DNA of 64,000 bases from Desulfurococcaceae archaeon (lineage in GTDB: Archaea > Thermoproteota > Thermoprotei_A > Sulfolobales > Desulfurococcaceae). Location of the stretch: NCBI GenBank assembly GCA_038824035.1, contig JAWBBW010000001.1:101508-165507 (forward strand), in the 5' to 3' direction. Shown piece after piece: positions 51,155-60,466 of this stretch (position 1 is its first letter; each line of letters begins with the position of its first letter). A program made the translations under genes and the position numbers. The notes below the pieces were generated by a model. That model had not been told where the DNA came from. It was given only the letters and a program-made list of their open reading frames with translations, and ran no database searches.

Positions 51155-53433
51155 ATGAAGGCAACTAGTCTAAAAACACTATCAATAGCCCTGGTATTAA
51201 TCGTCGCGATCGCATCAATAGGTATATACCTATACTATGTAAGCCAGCAAACTCCTTCACCATCTCAGACCCCTGTCACAACACCTCTCACTACACCTAC
51301 ACCCGTTCAGACAACTCCTATTCAGTCAACTACGCCGACAACACCTGTGGCCGAGACAGTGACGCCGACCACTCCAGTTATGTTATTCATACAACTACAC
51401 CGTTGGAGCGACAATTCAGATTACATACCCATGTGCTCTATATAGTGTCAAACGATGAAACAACTAGGATACAGTTGTTCAGGGCAGGCGCTGTGGACAT
51501 AGCGGAGATATCCCCATCTCGTTGGAGAGATCTAAACGGTACTCCTGTTGGTAATTTCCACCTGGTATTGGAGGTTGATCCAAGCAAACAAAGGTTCGCG
51601 ATTCAATTCGCCTTGTTGAATAATTTCAAGGAGCCATTGAACATAACAGAGGTTAGGCAGGCACTGGCATGGGCAACGCCGTATAGCACTATACTGGAGC
51701 AAGTCTATGGTGGACTATACAATAGGTTGTACACCATTGTCCCTAAAGGGATGTTTGGCTGGACAGATTACAACATAATAAAATACGAATTCGATATGTC
51801 GAAGGCAATGAGTATAATGGAGGGGCTCAAGGCGAAGGGCTTTGATCCATCCAAGTACGAGTTGACAATATACTATGCTATGGGCGATACAGCTGGGGAA
51901 CAAATAGCGGCTTTGTTACAAAACACCTGGACACAACTAGGTTTCAAGGTTTTCACACAGCCATTGAACTGGCCTGAGTTCCTGAGTAAGCTAGATCATT
52001 TCGAATTCGATGTTGGGCTAGTTGGCTGGTTCCCAGATTACCTGGATCCCGATAACTACCTCACCCCCTTTGTCTACGGTGGTGCGGAGTTCGCCGAGCT
52101 GAGGTATTGGAAAAACGTATCACCCAGAGATGTTGGCAAGTACTTGGCAAAAGTTGAAAGAGTTATCGATACAGGTAAATACATAGTGGTGGTTGGCCCG
52201 AAAGGCGAGGGGGCATCATATGATGGGCCGAGCGATAAGCCGATAATAGTGGTTGAATATGTATTGGACGAGGAGACTACAAGGAAGAACTGGGAAAACC
52301 CCGTTGGGCTAGTCAACATGAACATGAATGGATGGATAGATGTGCCGGTCACGGCATTGGTGAAGTTATCTAGAATGGTACTCGACGTGGAAGTTAGGGA
52401 GGCTGTGATAAATGCGGCTGTCATAGTGTTCAACCACGAATCACCTATGATCATATTTGGCCAGGAAAATGCTGGAAGAGTGCACGGTAGCTGGGTTCTA
52501 AACATGTATTACCCACCGACAACTTTCGCCAGGTATGATCTAGTCTACGAGGATCCAGATGCACCTGTCGTTGATACGGGTGTGCTGGGTTTGAAAAATG
52601 GGCCAGAGGTAATGGCCATTGCGAGACTTGGATGGCCGGATACATTTGACCCAGCCAAGTCGTATGAGTATTTTGGTTGGGAGATATTCTGGCACATATA
52701 CTCTAGGCCTATCACTTATTATTATGAGAATACTGAACCAGAGCCTGATCTAGCAGTGGCATGGGCATTTACAGAGGACGCGACAGAACTGTACCTGGTT
52801 ATACGAGGCGGTGTGGTGGCATATGACCCGTGGAATAACAAGACATATCCAATAGATGCCACAGATGTATTGTTCAGTCTGTGGAGAGTTGTCAGGCTAA
52901 ACCTACCTGGTTCACCATCTTGGATGATATATGAGTTCATAGATGTAAATGCGTCATCGGTGCTATCTGAGGCCGAATTCGAAGAGGTGATCAGCAAGGG
53001 GCTTGTCACGGTGTATAAAGGCGAGGAGAAAACTGTGACTAGCTTGAAAGACCTACTAGAGTTCTTCAATTACACGGGTAATACAGCTGGCGTTGTTAAG
53101 TTAAGACTGAAAATACCCTATCCACCGATACTTCATATATTGGCTACAGCGGTGGCCTCTGTTATACCAATGGAGTATGCCCTTGGCGATAACTACGCAG
53201 TGGCCATAGCGGACTCGAACAACGGTAAAGACCCATCAGCATGGGCTAAGTATGTGATCGAAGGCGAGGATGATCCATCGCACAGATTGCTCAAGGACAG
53301 GCCAGTATCCACTGGGCCTTATTATGTTGCAAGCTATCTGGAGGATAGCTATATATTGCTGAAGATCAATCCATACTACTGGAATTCCAAGATATGGGAA
53401 GAACTATATGGATATATACCTTCAATTGCCTAG
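51155..53433 (+). pseudogene. Circularly permuted family-5 solute-binding protein; single frameshift in the Thr/Pro linker (about 51380-51390)
   Basis: The TM anchor and TP linker (51155) are out of frame with the 676-aa body (...HTTTPLERQFRLHTHVLYIV). Could be an assembly error. Confidence 0.8.
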
Positions 53434-53504
53434 TATGTATTTTTTAAGCCTTCCTATTTTCCTTACTTTAACTAAGATGCTTATTTCGAATCAGGTGTAA
53501 GTAA

Positions 53505-54563
53505 ATGGGTTTAATGAACTATTTGGTTAGGAGGCTTGCGACATTTATTCCAACTTTGATAGGGGTTCTTTTAATCACCTATCTAATATCATATGCAATA
53601 CCGGCTGACCCTGTTAGAGCATGGGTTGGTACAAAGCTACTTAACCCAGCCGCGCTCGAACAGATCAGGGAGAAATACAAGTTTAATGCACCATGGTATG
53701 AGCAATTCATATACCTGGTCACGCAGTTGTTGAAAGGAGAGCTCGAAGACCCCATTAGAAAGAAAAACATATTCGAAGAATTAACAATTAAGTTTGCCAT
53801 CACCATCGAGGTCGCGATAATATCGTTTCTATTCGTAATAGCAATAGGGATACCTCTGGGCATAATAGCGGCCGCTAAAAAAGACACTGTGATCGATTTC
53901 CTCGTTAGGGTTTTCGCGTTGATCGGTAGTTCTCTGCCCCCGTTTGTTTTATTCTATTTCCTGATATTTGTGTTTTTCGTGAGGTATAAGACAACGCCCT
54001 TGGCAGGCATACCCATGCCCTCACAAGCATGCTTAGTTTGGCTCTCTACCCTACCAGGTTCAATACCTGTTATTGGTCACTTGGTCTCGGCCGTGGGCAG
54101 TGTACCATTATTTGGCGGCATGCTTTGCGGGGAATGGGAAATCGTGGCTGATACCTTTAGAAGGCTATACCTCCCTGGCCTTGCCCTTGGCCTATTAAGT
54201 GGGGGTTTCGTGGCGAGGATTGTGAGGAATAGCCTACTGGATGCTCTGAGCTCGGAATATGTTTTATTCATGAAAGCGAGAGGATTGAATAGGCTCTCGA
54301 TATGGAGACATGCCCTTAAAAATGCAATGGTCCCCGTCATCACAGTGCTCGGCATGATCTTTGGATGGCTCCTTTCAGGCACAGTGATTGCCGAGATAAT
54401 ATTCAATATACCCGGCATGGGGAGATATATGTACGACGCGATATCTAGGCTTAATTTTCCAGTTATCATAGCCACTACATTTGTGGTGGCATTAACCTAT
54501 TTGATCATAAACCTAGTGGTTGATATATTATACGCCATAATAGATCCAAGGGTGAGGTATTAA
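53505..54563 (+). CDS. dppB: Opp/Dpp ABC permease (B-type)
   Basis: IPTLIGV...DP, KARGL, HALKNA, DPRVR. Confidence 0.92.
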   Translation: MGLMNYLVRRLATFIPTLIGVLLITYLISYAIPADPVRAWVGTKLLNPAALEQIREKYKFNAPWYEQFIYLVTQLLKGELEDPIRKKNIFEELTIKFAITIEVAIISFLFVIAIGIPLGIIAAAKKDTVIDFLVRVFALIGSSLPPFVLFYFLIFVFFVRYKTTPLAGIPMPSQACLVWLSTLPGSIPVIGHLVSAVGSVPLFGGMLCGEWEIVADTFRRLYLPGLALGLLSGGFVARIVRNSLLDALSSEYVLFMKARGLNRLSIWRHALKNAMVPVITVLGMIFGWLLSGTVIAEIIFNIPGMGRYMYDAISRLNFPVIIATTFVVALTYLIINLVVDILYAIIDPRVRY

Positions 54564-55663
54564 TGGCTAATATAGCTTACAAGGTTATCGCGAAATTCAT
54601 AGACCTCTATGTTGAATTAAGAGATAGGATAACTCCTGGCTGGAGTGAGAGGAATTCATCGAGGATTAGGGAATGGTATTTAATGGTATATGCATTCAGC
54701 ATGTCTAAGATAGGGTTATTAGGGGGGTTCATAGTTTTCCTGAACTTATTGTTGGCTATAATAGGCCCATTAATGGCCTGGGAGCCTTACTGGGTCTATA
54801 AGACACTTGTAAACACGTCACTACGCTATCTTCCACCATGTATACCACCTTCTTGTCATGGCTACCCATTGCTTGGGACTGATGAATGGGGTAGAGATAT
54901 ACTTGCGATGTCGCTATATGGCATTAGGATCTCGACCGTGATATCAATAGTTGTCGTGTTATTGGGAGCGCCTATTGGAGTGATACTTGGATTGATCTCT
55001 GGTTATAAAGGGGGTTTGGTGGACGAGGTCGTAATGAGGATCACAGATATTTTCATGGCATTTCCAGGTTTAATACTCGCAATAGCGTTTGCATCGGTCT
55101 TACCCTCTAGGTTAAGGGGGGTATTGGGAGAGAACGAGTTATTGAGAAATGTCCTGGCGGCCATGTACGGCATAAGACCCGAGGAATATGGCCAACTCGC
55201 CTCGTTGTTATCCATATGGATAGCCATGATCATAGTTTGGTGGCCTGGCTATGCTAGGATAGTAAGAGGCAGTGTGTTGACAATACGTGAACAGCCATTT
55301 ATAGAAGCAGCGAAGTTGTCTGGTTTATCGACTTGGCGAATACTAATGAAGCATGTATTGCCGAACATAATATCGCCTATATTGGTTGTCGTGACATTCG
55401 ATATCGCCACTGCAACATTATTCGCCGCATCGCTTTCATTCCTCGGACTAGGTCCCCAGGAGCCTGTGCCCGAACTCGGATATATGATCTCGAAAGCCAA
55501 CAGGTATTTCCCCGAGAGTAGCTGGCATGTCGTCCTATATCTGGGCACATTGCTCATGGTCATAGCCCTTGGATGGAATTTACTTGGAGATGCCCTTCGA
55601 GATATCCTTGACCCGCGTTCCAGGAGGTCCATAGAGTTCAGGGAAGAAGGTGATGGGAAATGA
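54563..55663 (+). CDS. dppC: Opp/Dpp ABC permease (C-type)
   Basis: LGTDEWGRD, EAAKLSG, HVLPN, GDALRDILDPR. Confidence 0.92.
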   Translation: MANIAYKVIAKFIDLYVELRDRITPGWSERNSSRIREWYLMVYAFSMSKIGLLGGFIVFLNLLLAIIGPLMAWEPYWVYKTLVNTSLRYLPPCIPPSCHGYPLLGTDEWGRDILAMSLYGIRISTVISIVVVLLGAPIGVILGLISGYKGGLVDEVVMRITDIFMAFPGLILAIAFASVLPSRLRGVLGENELLRNVLAAMYGIRPEEYGQLASLLSIWIAMIIVWWPGYARIVRGSVLTIREQPFIEAAKLSGLSTWRILMKHVLPNIISPILVVVTFDIATATLFAASLSFLGLGPQEPVPELGYMISKANRYFPESSWHVVLYLGTLLMVIALGWNLLGDALRDILDPRSRRSIEFREEGDGK

Positions 55664-56673
55664 GCAATGCTCTACGAGTACTTGGTGATGGCGAAATACT
55701 GCGTGTTAGTGGGCTAGATGTCAGGTTTTATACATATGCCGGCGTAGTGCACGCTGTATCCAATGTATCCTTCTATGTCAAAGAAGGGGAGAGCATAGCA
55801 TTGGTCGGTGAAACAGGTTGTGGAAAGACCATAACGACAAGGGCCATAACTAGGCTAATCGAGCCACCTGGGAGAATCGAGGGCGGTGTGGCGTTGTTCA
55901 GGAGGAGAGACGGCGAAACGGTGGATCTCCTCAGTATTGGGGAAGAAGAGGTCAGGAGAATTAGGGGCAATGAAATATCATACGTGTTCCAGGACCCGAG
56001 TTCAGCGCTAGATCCACTGTACACCATCGGCCACCATATCGTGGAGACCATAAAAACCCATAGAAATAATGTGAAGAGAAGAGACGCGTGGTTGCGGGCA
56101 ATAGAGCTACTGAGAGAGACAGCCATACCCAGCCCTGAAATAAGGGTTAAGAACTATCCACATGAGTTATCTGGGGGCATGAAGCAAAGAGGAGTCATAG
56201 CTATCAGTTTATCGAACACCCCGAGATTATTGATCGCCGATGAGCCGACCACTAATCTCGATGTAACCGTCCAGGCACAGATACTCGAGCTGATCAAGGG
56301 TCTCCAAAAGAAGTATGGAATGAGCCTCATATTGATAAGCCATAACCTGGGCGTGGTAGCAGAGATGGCTGATCGTGTCTACATAATGTACGCTGGCAAG
56401 GTTGTTGAGGAAGGCTCTGTCGAGGCCATATTCTATAATCCACTACATCCATATACACAGTTACTTCTAAGGGCTATACCAAATCCATTGAAGAGAGTCG
56501 AAAAACTAGAATCAATACCAGGTGTTGTGCCATCCCTGATAAATCCTCCACCTGGTTGTAGATTCAGCCCTCGATGCCCCTTTGCTAGAGATGAATGTAG
56601 TTCAAGAGATCCACCCCAGGTAGAGGTTGAGAGTGGTCATATCACAGCTTGTTGGCTTTACACAAAAAGGTGA
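55660..56673 (+). CDS. dppD: Opp/Dpp ABC ATPase
   Basis: GETGCGKT, YPHELSGGMKQR, HPYT, GCRFSPRC. Confidence 0.95.
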   Translation: MSNALRVLGDGEILRVSGLDVRFYTYAGVVHAVSNVSFYVKEGESIALVGETGCGKTITTRAITRLIEPPGRIEGGVALFRRRDGETVDLLSIGEEEVRRIRGNEISYVFQDPSSALDPLYTIGHHIVETIKTHRNNVKRRDAWLRAIELLRETAIPSPEIRVKNYPHELSGGMKQRGVIAISLSNTPRLLIADEPTTNLDVTVQAQILELIKGLQKKYGMSLILISHNLGVVAEMADRVYIMYAGKVVEEGSVEAIFYNPLHPYTQLLLRAIPNPLKRVEKLESIPGVVPSLINPPPGCRFSPRCPFARDECSSRDPPQVEVESGHITACWLYTKR

Positions 56674-56678
56674 GAGAT

Positions 56679-57641
56679 ATGGAGCCTTTACTGAGGATAA
56701 TTGACCTCAAGAAATATTTCAATGTAAGGGGCTCGTTTACTAAGAAACTGAGAGCAATAGATGGGGTTTCATTCGATATCGTGAAAGGGGAGACAGTGGG
56801 GGTTGTTGGTGAAAGCGGATGTGGTAAAACAACTCTGGGCAAGGTTATTTTAAAGCTAATAGAGCCCACGTCTGGGAAAATAGTGTTCGAGAATGTAGAT
56901 GTGACTAAGGCTAAGGGTAAGAAATTGAAATGGTATTGGAGAAATGCTCAAATGGTGTTTCAAGACCCTCATAGTAGTTTAGACCCCAAAATGACGATCG
57001 CCGCTACATTATTAGAGCCTATTAGGCAATACAAAATCGATGTAGGTGATGAAGAGGAATTCCTGGCTAGGCAAATGGAGATGGTTGGGCTCGGCAAAGA
57101 ACATCTATATAGGTATCCACATGAGTTATCTGGGGGGCAGAAACAAAGAGTGGCTATACTCAGAGCGATAGTGACTAGGCCGAAATTCCTTGTCTTAGAT
57201 GAGCCTACATCGGCTTTGGACGTGTCTGTGCAGGCACAGATATTGGAATTACTGAGGGATCTTCAGAGAAAATATGAACTCACATATCTATTCATATCCC
57301 ATGACATATCTGTTGTGAAATACATGAGCAATAGGATGATCGTAATGTACCTGGGTAAGATAGTTGAAATAGGTAGTTCTGATCAAGTGTTCTACAACCC
57401 ATTACACCCATATACCAGGTTCCTTTTATCGGCTATCCCTATCCCAGACCCTAAGATCAGTAGGGAGAGGAAAAAGTTAATACTACAAGGAGAGCCACCA
57501 TCTCCCATAGACCCTCCACCTGGTTGCAGGTTTAATCCAAGGTGTTCACACGCCGTTGATAAATGCAGGTTGAAAGAGCCACCATTAATAGAGGTGGAGA
57601 AAGGCCATGGCGTCGCGTGTTGGTTATACTCAACCAAATAA
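56679..57641 (+). CDS. dppF: Opp/Dpp ABC ATPase
   Basis: GESGCGKT, YPHELSGGQKQR, DEPTSALDVSVQ, GCRFNPRC. Confidence 0.95.
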   Translation: MEPLLRIIDLKKYFNVRGSFTKKLRAIDGVSFDIVKGETVGVVGESGCGKTTLGKVILKLIEPTSGKIVFENVDVTKAKGKKLKWYWRNAQMVFQDPHSSLDPKMTIAATLLEPIRQYKIDVGDEEEFLARQMEMVGLGKEHLYRYPHELSGGQKQRVAILRAIVTRPKFLVLDEPTSALDVSVQAQILELLRDLQRKYELTYLFISHDISVVKYMSNRMIVMYLGKIVEIGSSDQVFYNPLHPYTRFLLSAIPIPDPKISRERKKLILQGEPPSPIDPPPGCRFNPRCSHAVDKCRLKEPPLIEVEKGHGVACWLYSTK

Positions 57642-57697
57642 CTACACACTAGTTAAACCTTTATTTCTCTAATGAGATAGGGTAAAGAGGTGATGTA

Positions 57698-58153
57698 ATG
57701 CTCCGTGTCATGATTGGCTCAGACGACCTATATGCATGTGCACGGGAAGCAGTGGATTACTTGGGTAAGAAGGGATTTGAAGTCATCGTTGCTGGTTCAT
57801 TGAGAACAGGTAAACCAGAGCCATGGCCAGATGTGGCCCATGAAGTTGCCTTGGCAATTGCCAATGGAATGGTGGATTTCGGCATACTGGTCTGTTACAC
57901 TGGGACAGGTGTTTCAATAGTGGCTAACAAAGTACCTGGTGTCAGGGCAGCCGTCTGCAATGACCCTGGCACAGCCAGGGGTGCGAGACTCTGGAATGAC
58001 GCTAATTTACTAGTTATGAGTGGCAGGCTTGTCACGGATATAATGGCAAGGGAGATCATTGATGCTTGGTTGTCTGTGAAAGAACCTGATCCCAGCGAGA
58101 TCCCTAATATAAATAAGGTGAAGGAGATAGATGAGCTGTATAGGAGGCGTTAA
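57698..58153 (+). CDS. RpiB/LacA/LacB family sugar-phosphate isomerase
   Basis: CYTGTGVSIVANKVPGVRAA, ARLWNDAN. Confidence 0.9.
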   Translation: MLRVMIGSDDLYACAREAVDYLGKKGFEVIVAGSLRTGKPEPWPDVAHEVALAIANGMVDFGILVCYTGTGVSIVANKVPGVRAAVCNDPGTARGARLWNDANLLVMSGRLVTDIMAREIIDAWLSVKEPDPSEIPNINKVKEIDELYRRR

Positions 58154-58175
58154 TTGACAAGGATGTTTTATGGCC

Positions 58176-59444
58176 TCATATAATATACCTCTTTAAATAT
58201 ATGCTTCTCCTGTAGACATAGGCTATGTCCTCCATGCTCGGTGTTGATGAATATATAAACCTCAACACAGCCGGTATTGTTATGAATACCTTTAATTTGT
58301 GACGCATCGCGCTGAGCTCTGTCTGTAATGTAGCTATGTTCATCATGTCAAGGTCGTCAAGGGGGTCTATGAACAGTACGACCATGCATGGCTCTCTACA
58401 AAAATCTCTTACCAATGTCTTGGTGAACCATCGTATTATTCTATTGCTCCCAGAGTATATTGGATAAGGGTTTGGCTCAAGTGGCCACTCTATTAACGAT
58501 ATAACCCTGTATATATCCTCGATCCTCATTGTGGTGAGCACTGATGATACCTTAATCCCTTTTTCAGTCGCCACGCCCACTTTGACATTTAATCCCTTTT
58601 CCACTGCACTTGCAACTAGGTCTAGGATAGCCTGTGACAGTATGTTCAAGGGAGGTGGATCGCCGATGAAGAAGCCATCGTGAATAGACGCTATGATCAA
58701 TATGTTTTTAAATATCTTAGACTCGTATTCCTTCACCATTAGCTTAGACATTTTCGCTGTTTGTTTCCACGCTATTTTTCTGAAATCATCGCCATCCCTA
58801 TATTCCCTGATCCAGAGAACATCTGATCCAGCTCCTCGCCTCCTCGTTGCCAATGCCTCTAAGAACGTGTAACGTGCTATCAATGTCTCGATATCGAGTA
58901 TTCCGGGTTTTCTGGGGGGTATGATATGGATCTCTATTGGGTATTCGAATTCGAGGAACACATTTAAATTGAAGAGAAAGGCTAAGTCCTTGACCAAGAG
59001 CTCCACACCCATAACTCTATGTGCCCCTACATATCCTGTCAAGTACAGCCTTATCCTGGTGTATCCACTATAATTGACGATCGAGTGTTTACTTAACTTG
59101 AGCCCGGGATCTGTTGAGACCCTGAGGCTGTGGATCCTGGCCAACCGGCTTATATCGCCTTTTAATACCAGGTCTATGTATACTTCATTACCAGCTTTAC
59201 CTATCAATGGTGATCCACACTCAGCGTGGATCAACTGTGCAATGGATCTGAGTGATTGCAGAATTGCATAGGAAATAGATACAAGTGTTATCATATATGT
59301 GTTTAGGAAAACAAGGACATAAACAGCCCATGAACCCCCTCGCATGATCAATAGTAACGAGATCAGGATATCGATTAATAAGATGGCATACAAAGCCCGT
59401 GATGGCTTAATCCATGCATCGAAATGCGAGGCGCGGATTTCCAT
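58176..59444 (-). CDS. DUF58 domain protein (vWA-like partner of MoxR)
   Basis: IREYRDGDDFRKIAWKQTAK..LMVKEYE; two N-terminal TM segments. Confidence 0.9.
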   Translation of the reverse strand: MEIRASHFDAWIKPSRALYAILLIDILISLLLIMRGGSWAVYVLVFLNTYMITLVSISYAILQSLRSIAQLIHAECGSPLIGKAGNEVYIDLVLKGDISRLARIHSLRVSTDPGLKLSKHSIVNYSGYTRIRLYLTGYVGAHRVMGVELLVKDLAFLFNLNVFLEFEYPIEIHIIPPRKPGILDIETLIARYTFLEALATRRRGAGSDVLWIREYRDGDDFRKIAWKQTAKMSKLMVKEYESKIFKNILIIASIHDGFFIGDPPPLNILSQAILDLVASAVEKGLNVKVGVATEKGIKVSSVLTTMRIEDIYRVISLIEWPLEPNPYPIYSGSNRIIRWFTKTLVRDFCREPCMVVLFIDPLDDLDMMNIATLQTELSAMRHKLKVFITIPAVLRFIYSSTPSMEDIAYVYRRSIYLKRYII

Positions 59445-59453
59445 GGAGATCAT

Positions 59454-60398
59454 CTATGGCCTTGGGACCTCTACCCGGGATAATATGTCCGATATAATCC
59501 TTGAACCAGTATAGCCCTCAGCAATATATTCCGGTTTCAGGAGTATTCTATGTGAAAGCGCTGGAATAGCTGCTTCTTTCACATCATCCGGTATCAAGTA
59601 TTTCCTGTCATCCAGTAATGCGAATTCCTTTGCAAGCGTTAACAATAATAAAGCACCTCGCGGAGTTATACCTAGCCTCACCGCCTCATGTCTATGGCTA
59701 TATTCGACTATTTTGCTTATGTAATCCAGTATGGATTCGTCAACATATACCTCCTCTATTTCACGCGACGCCTTTTCAATGTCCTCTGGGCCTATAATCG
59801 GTTTCAATGCTTCGAACTCTTTTTCAATGACCTTGATGCCCCTTTTCAACAAGGATATTAATTTATCCCGCTCCAAGCTCCTCATCTCAACTTTTATGAA
59901 AAACCTATCTAACTGCGCCTCTGGTAGTGGAAATGTCCCTTCGAGCTCTATTGGGTTTTGCGTAGCGAGCACTATAAAGGGCCTAGGCAATTTTATTGTC
60001 TCTCCATCAATTGTGATCTGCCTTTCCTGCATAGCCTCTAATAGGGCTGACTGCGCCCTCGGCGAAGCCCGGTTTATCTCGTCGACCAAGACTATGTTCG
60101 AGTATATAGGGCCTAGTCTTAGTTCGAAATCACCTGTTTTCTGGTTAAACACCCTTGTCCCGATTATGTCGCTGGGCAATGTATCCACCGTGCACTGGAT
60201 CCTGGAGAACTTTAGATCGAGTAATCTTGCCACGACCTTTGTAGTGAGGGTTTTCGCAATACCTGGTATGCCCTCGACAAGGGCATGGCCCTCCGCGAAA
60301 ACAGCGAACAGTATTAACTTGACATCTTTTTCTCTGCCAACCAGGACTTTGGATGACTCCTCCCTGACTTTCTCAACTATGTCTCTTAGCCTTGTCAT
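59454..60398 (-). CDS. moxR: MoxR family AAA+ ATPase
   Basis: GIPGIAKT, DEINRA, ATQNPIE.EGTFPLPEAQLDRF. Start reassigned to ATG 60398. Confidence 0.95.
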   Translation of the reverse strand: MTRLRDIVEKVREESSKVLVGREKDVKLILFAVFAEGHALVEGIPGIAKTLTTKVVARLLDLKFSRIQCTVDTLPSDIIGTRVFNQKTGDFELRLGPIYSNIVLVDEINRASPRAQSALLEAMQERQITIDGETIKLPRPFIVLATQNPIELEGTFPLPEAQLDRFFIKVEMRSLERDKLISLLKRGIKVIEKEFEALKPIIGPEDIEKASREIEEVYVDESILDYISKIVEYSHRHEAVRLGITPRGALLLLTLAKEFALLDDRKYLIPDDVKEAAIPALSHRILLKPEYIAEGYTGSRIISDILSRVEVPRP

Positions 60399-60466
60399 CC
60401 CCGATTCACGCAATCTATCATTAGGATATAAAGGTATTTTAGGAAATAATAACATTGTGAAACCCC

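Noticed and set aside
56154-57135. Identical 23-nt stretch tatccacatgagttatctggggg in dppD and dppF
   Set aside because: Encodes the conserved YPHELSGG ABC signature in paralogs
59444-59456. moxR TAG directly followed by an in-frame ATG as a read-through fusion
   Set aside because: MoxR and DUF58 are normally separate adjacent genes and both are full length
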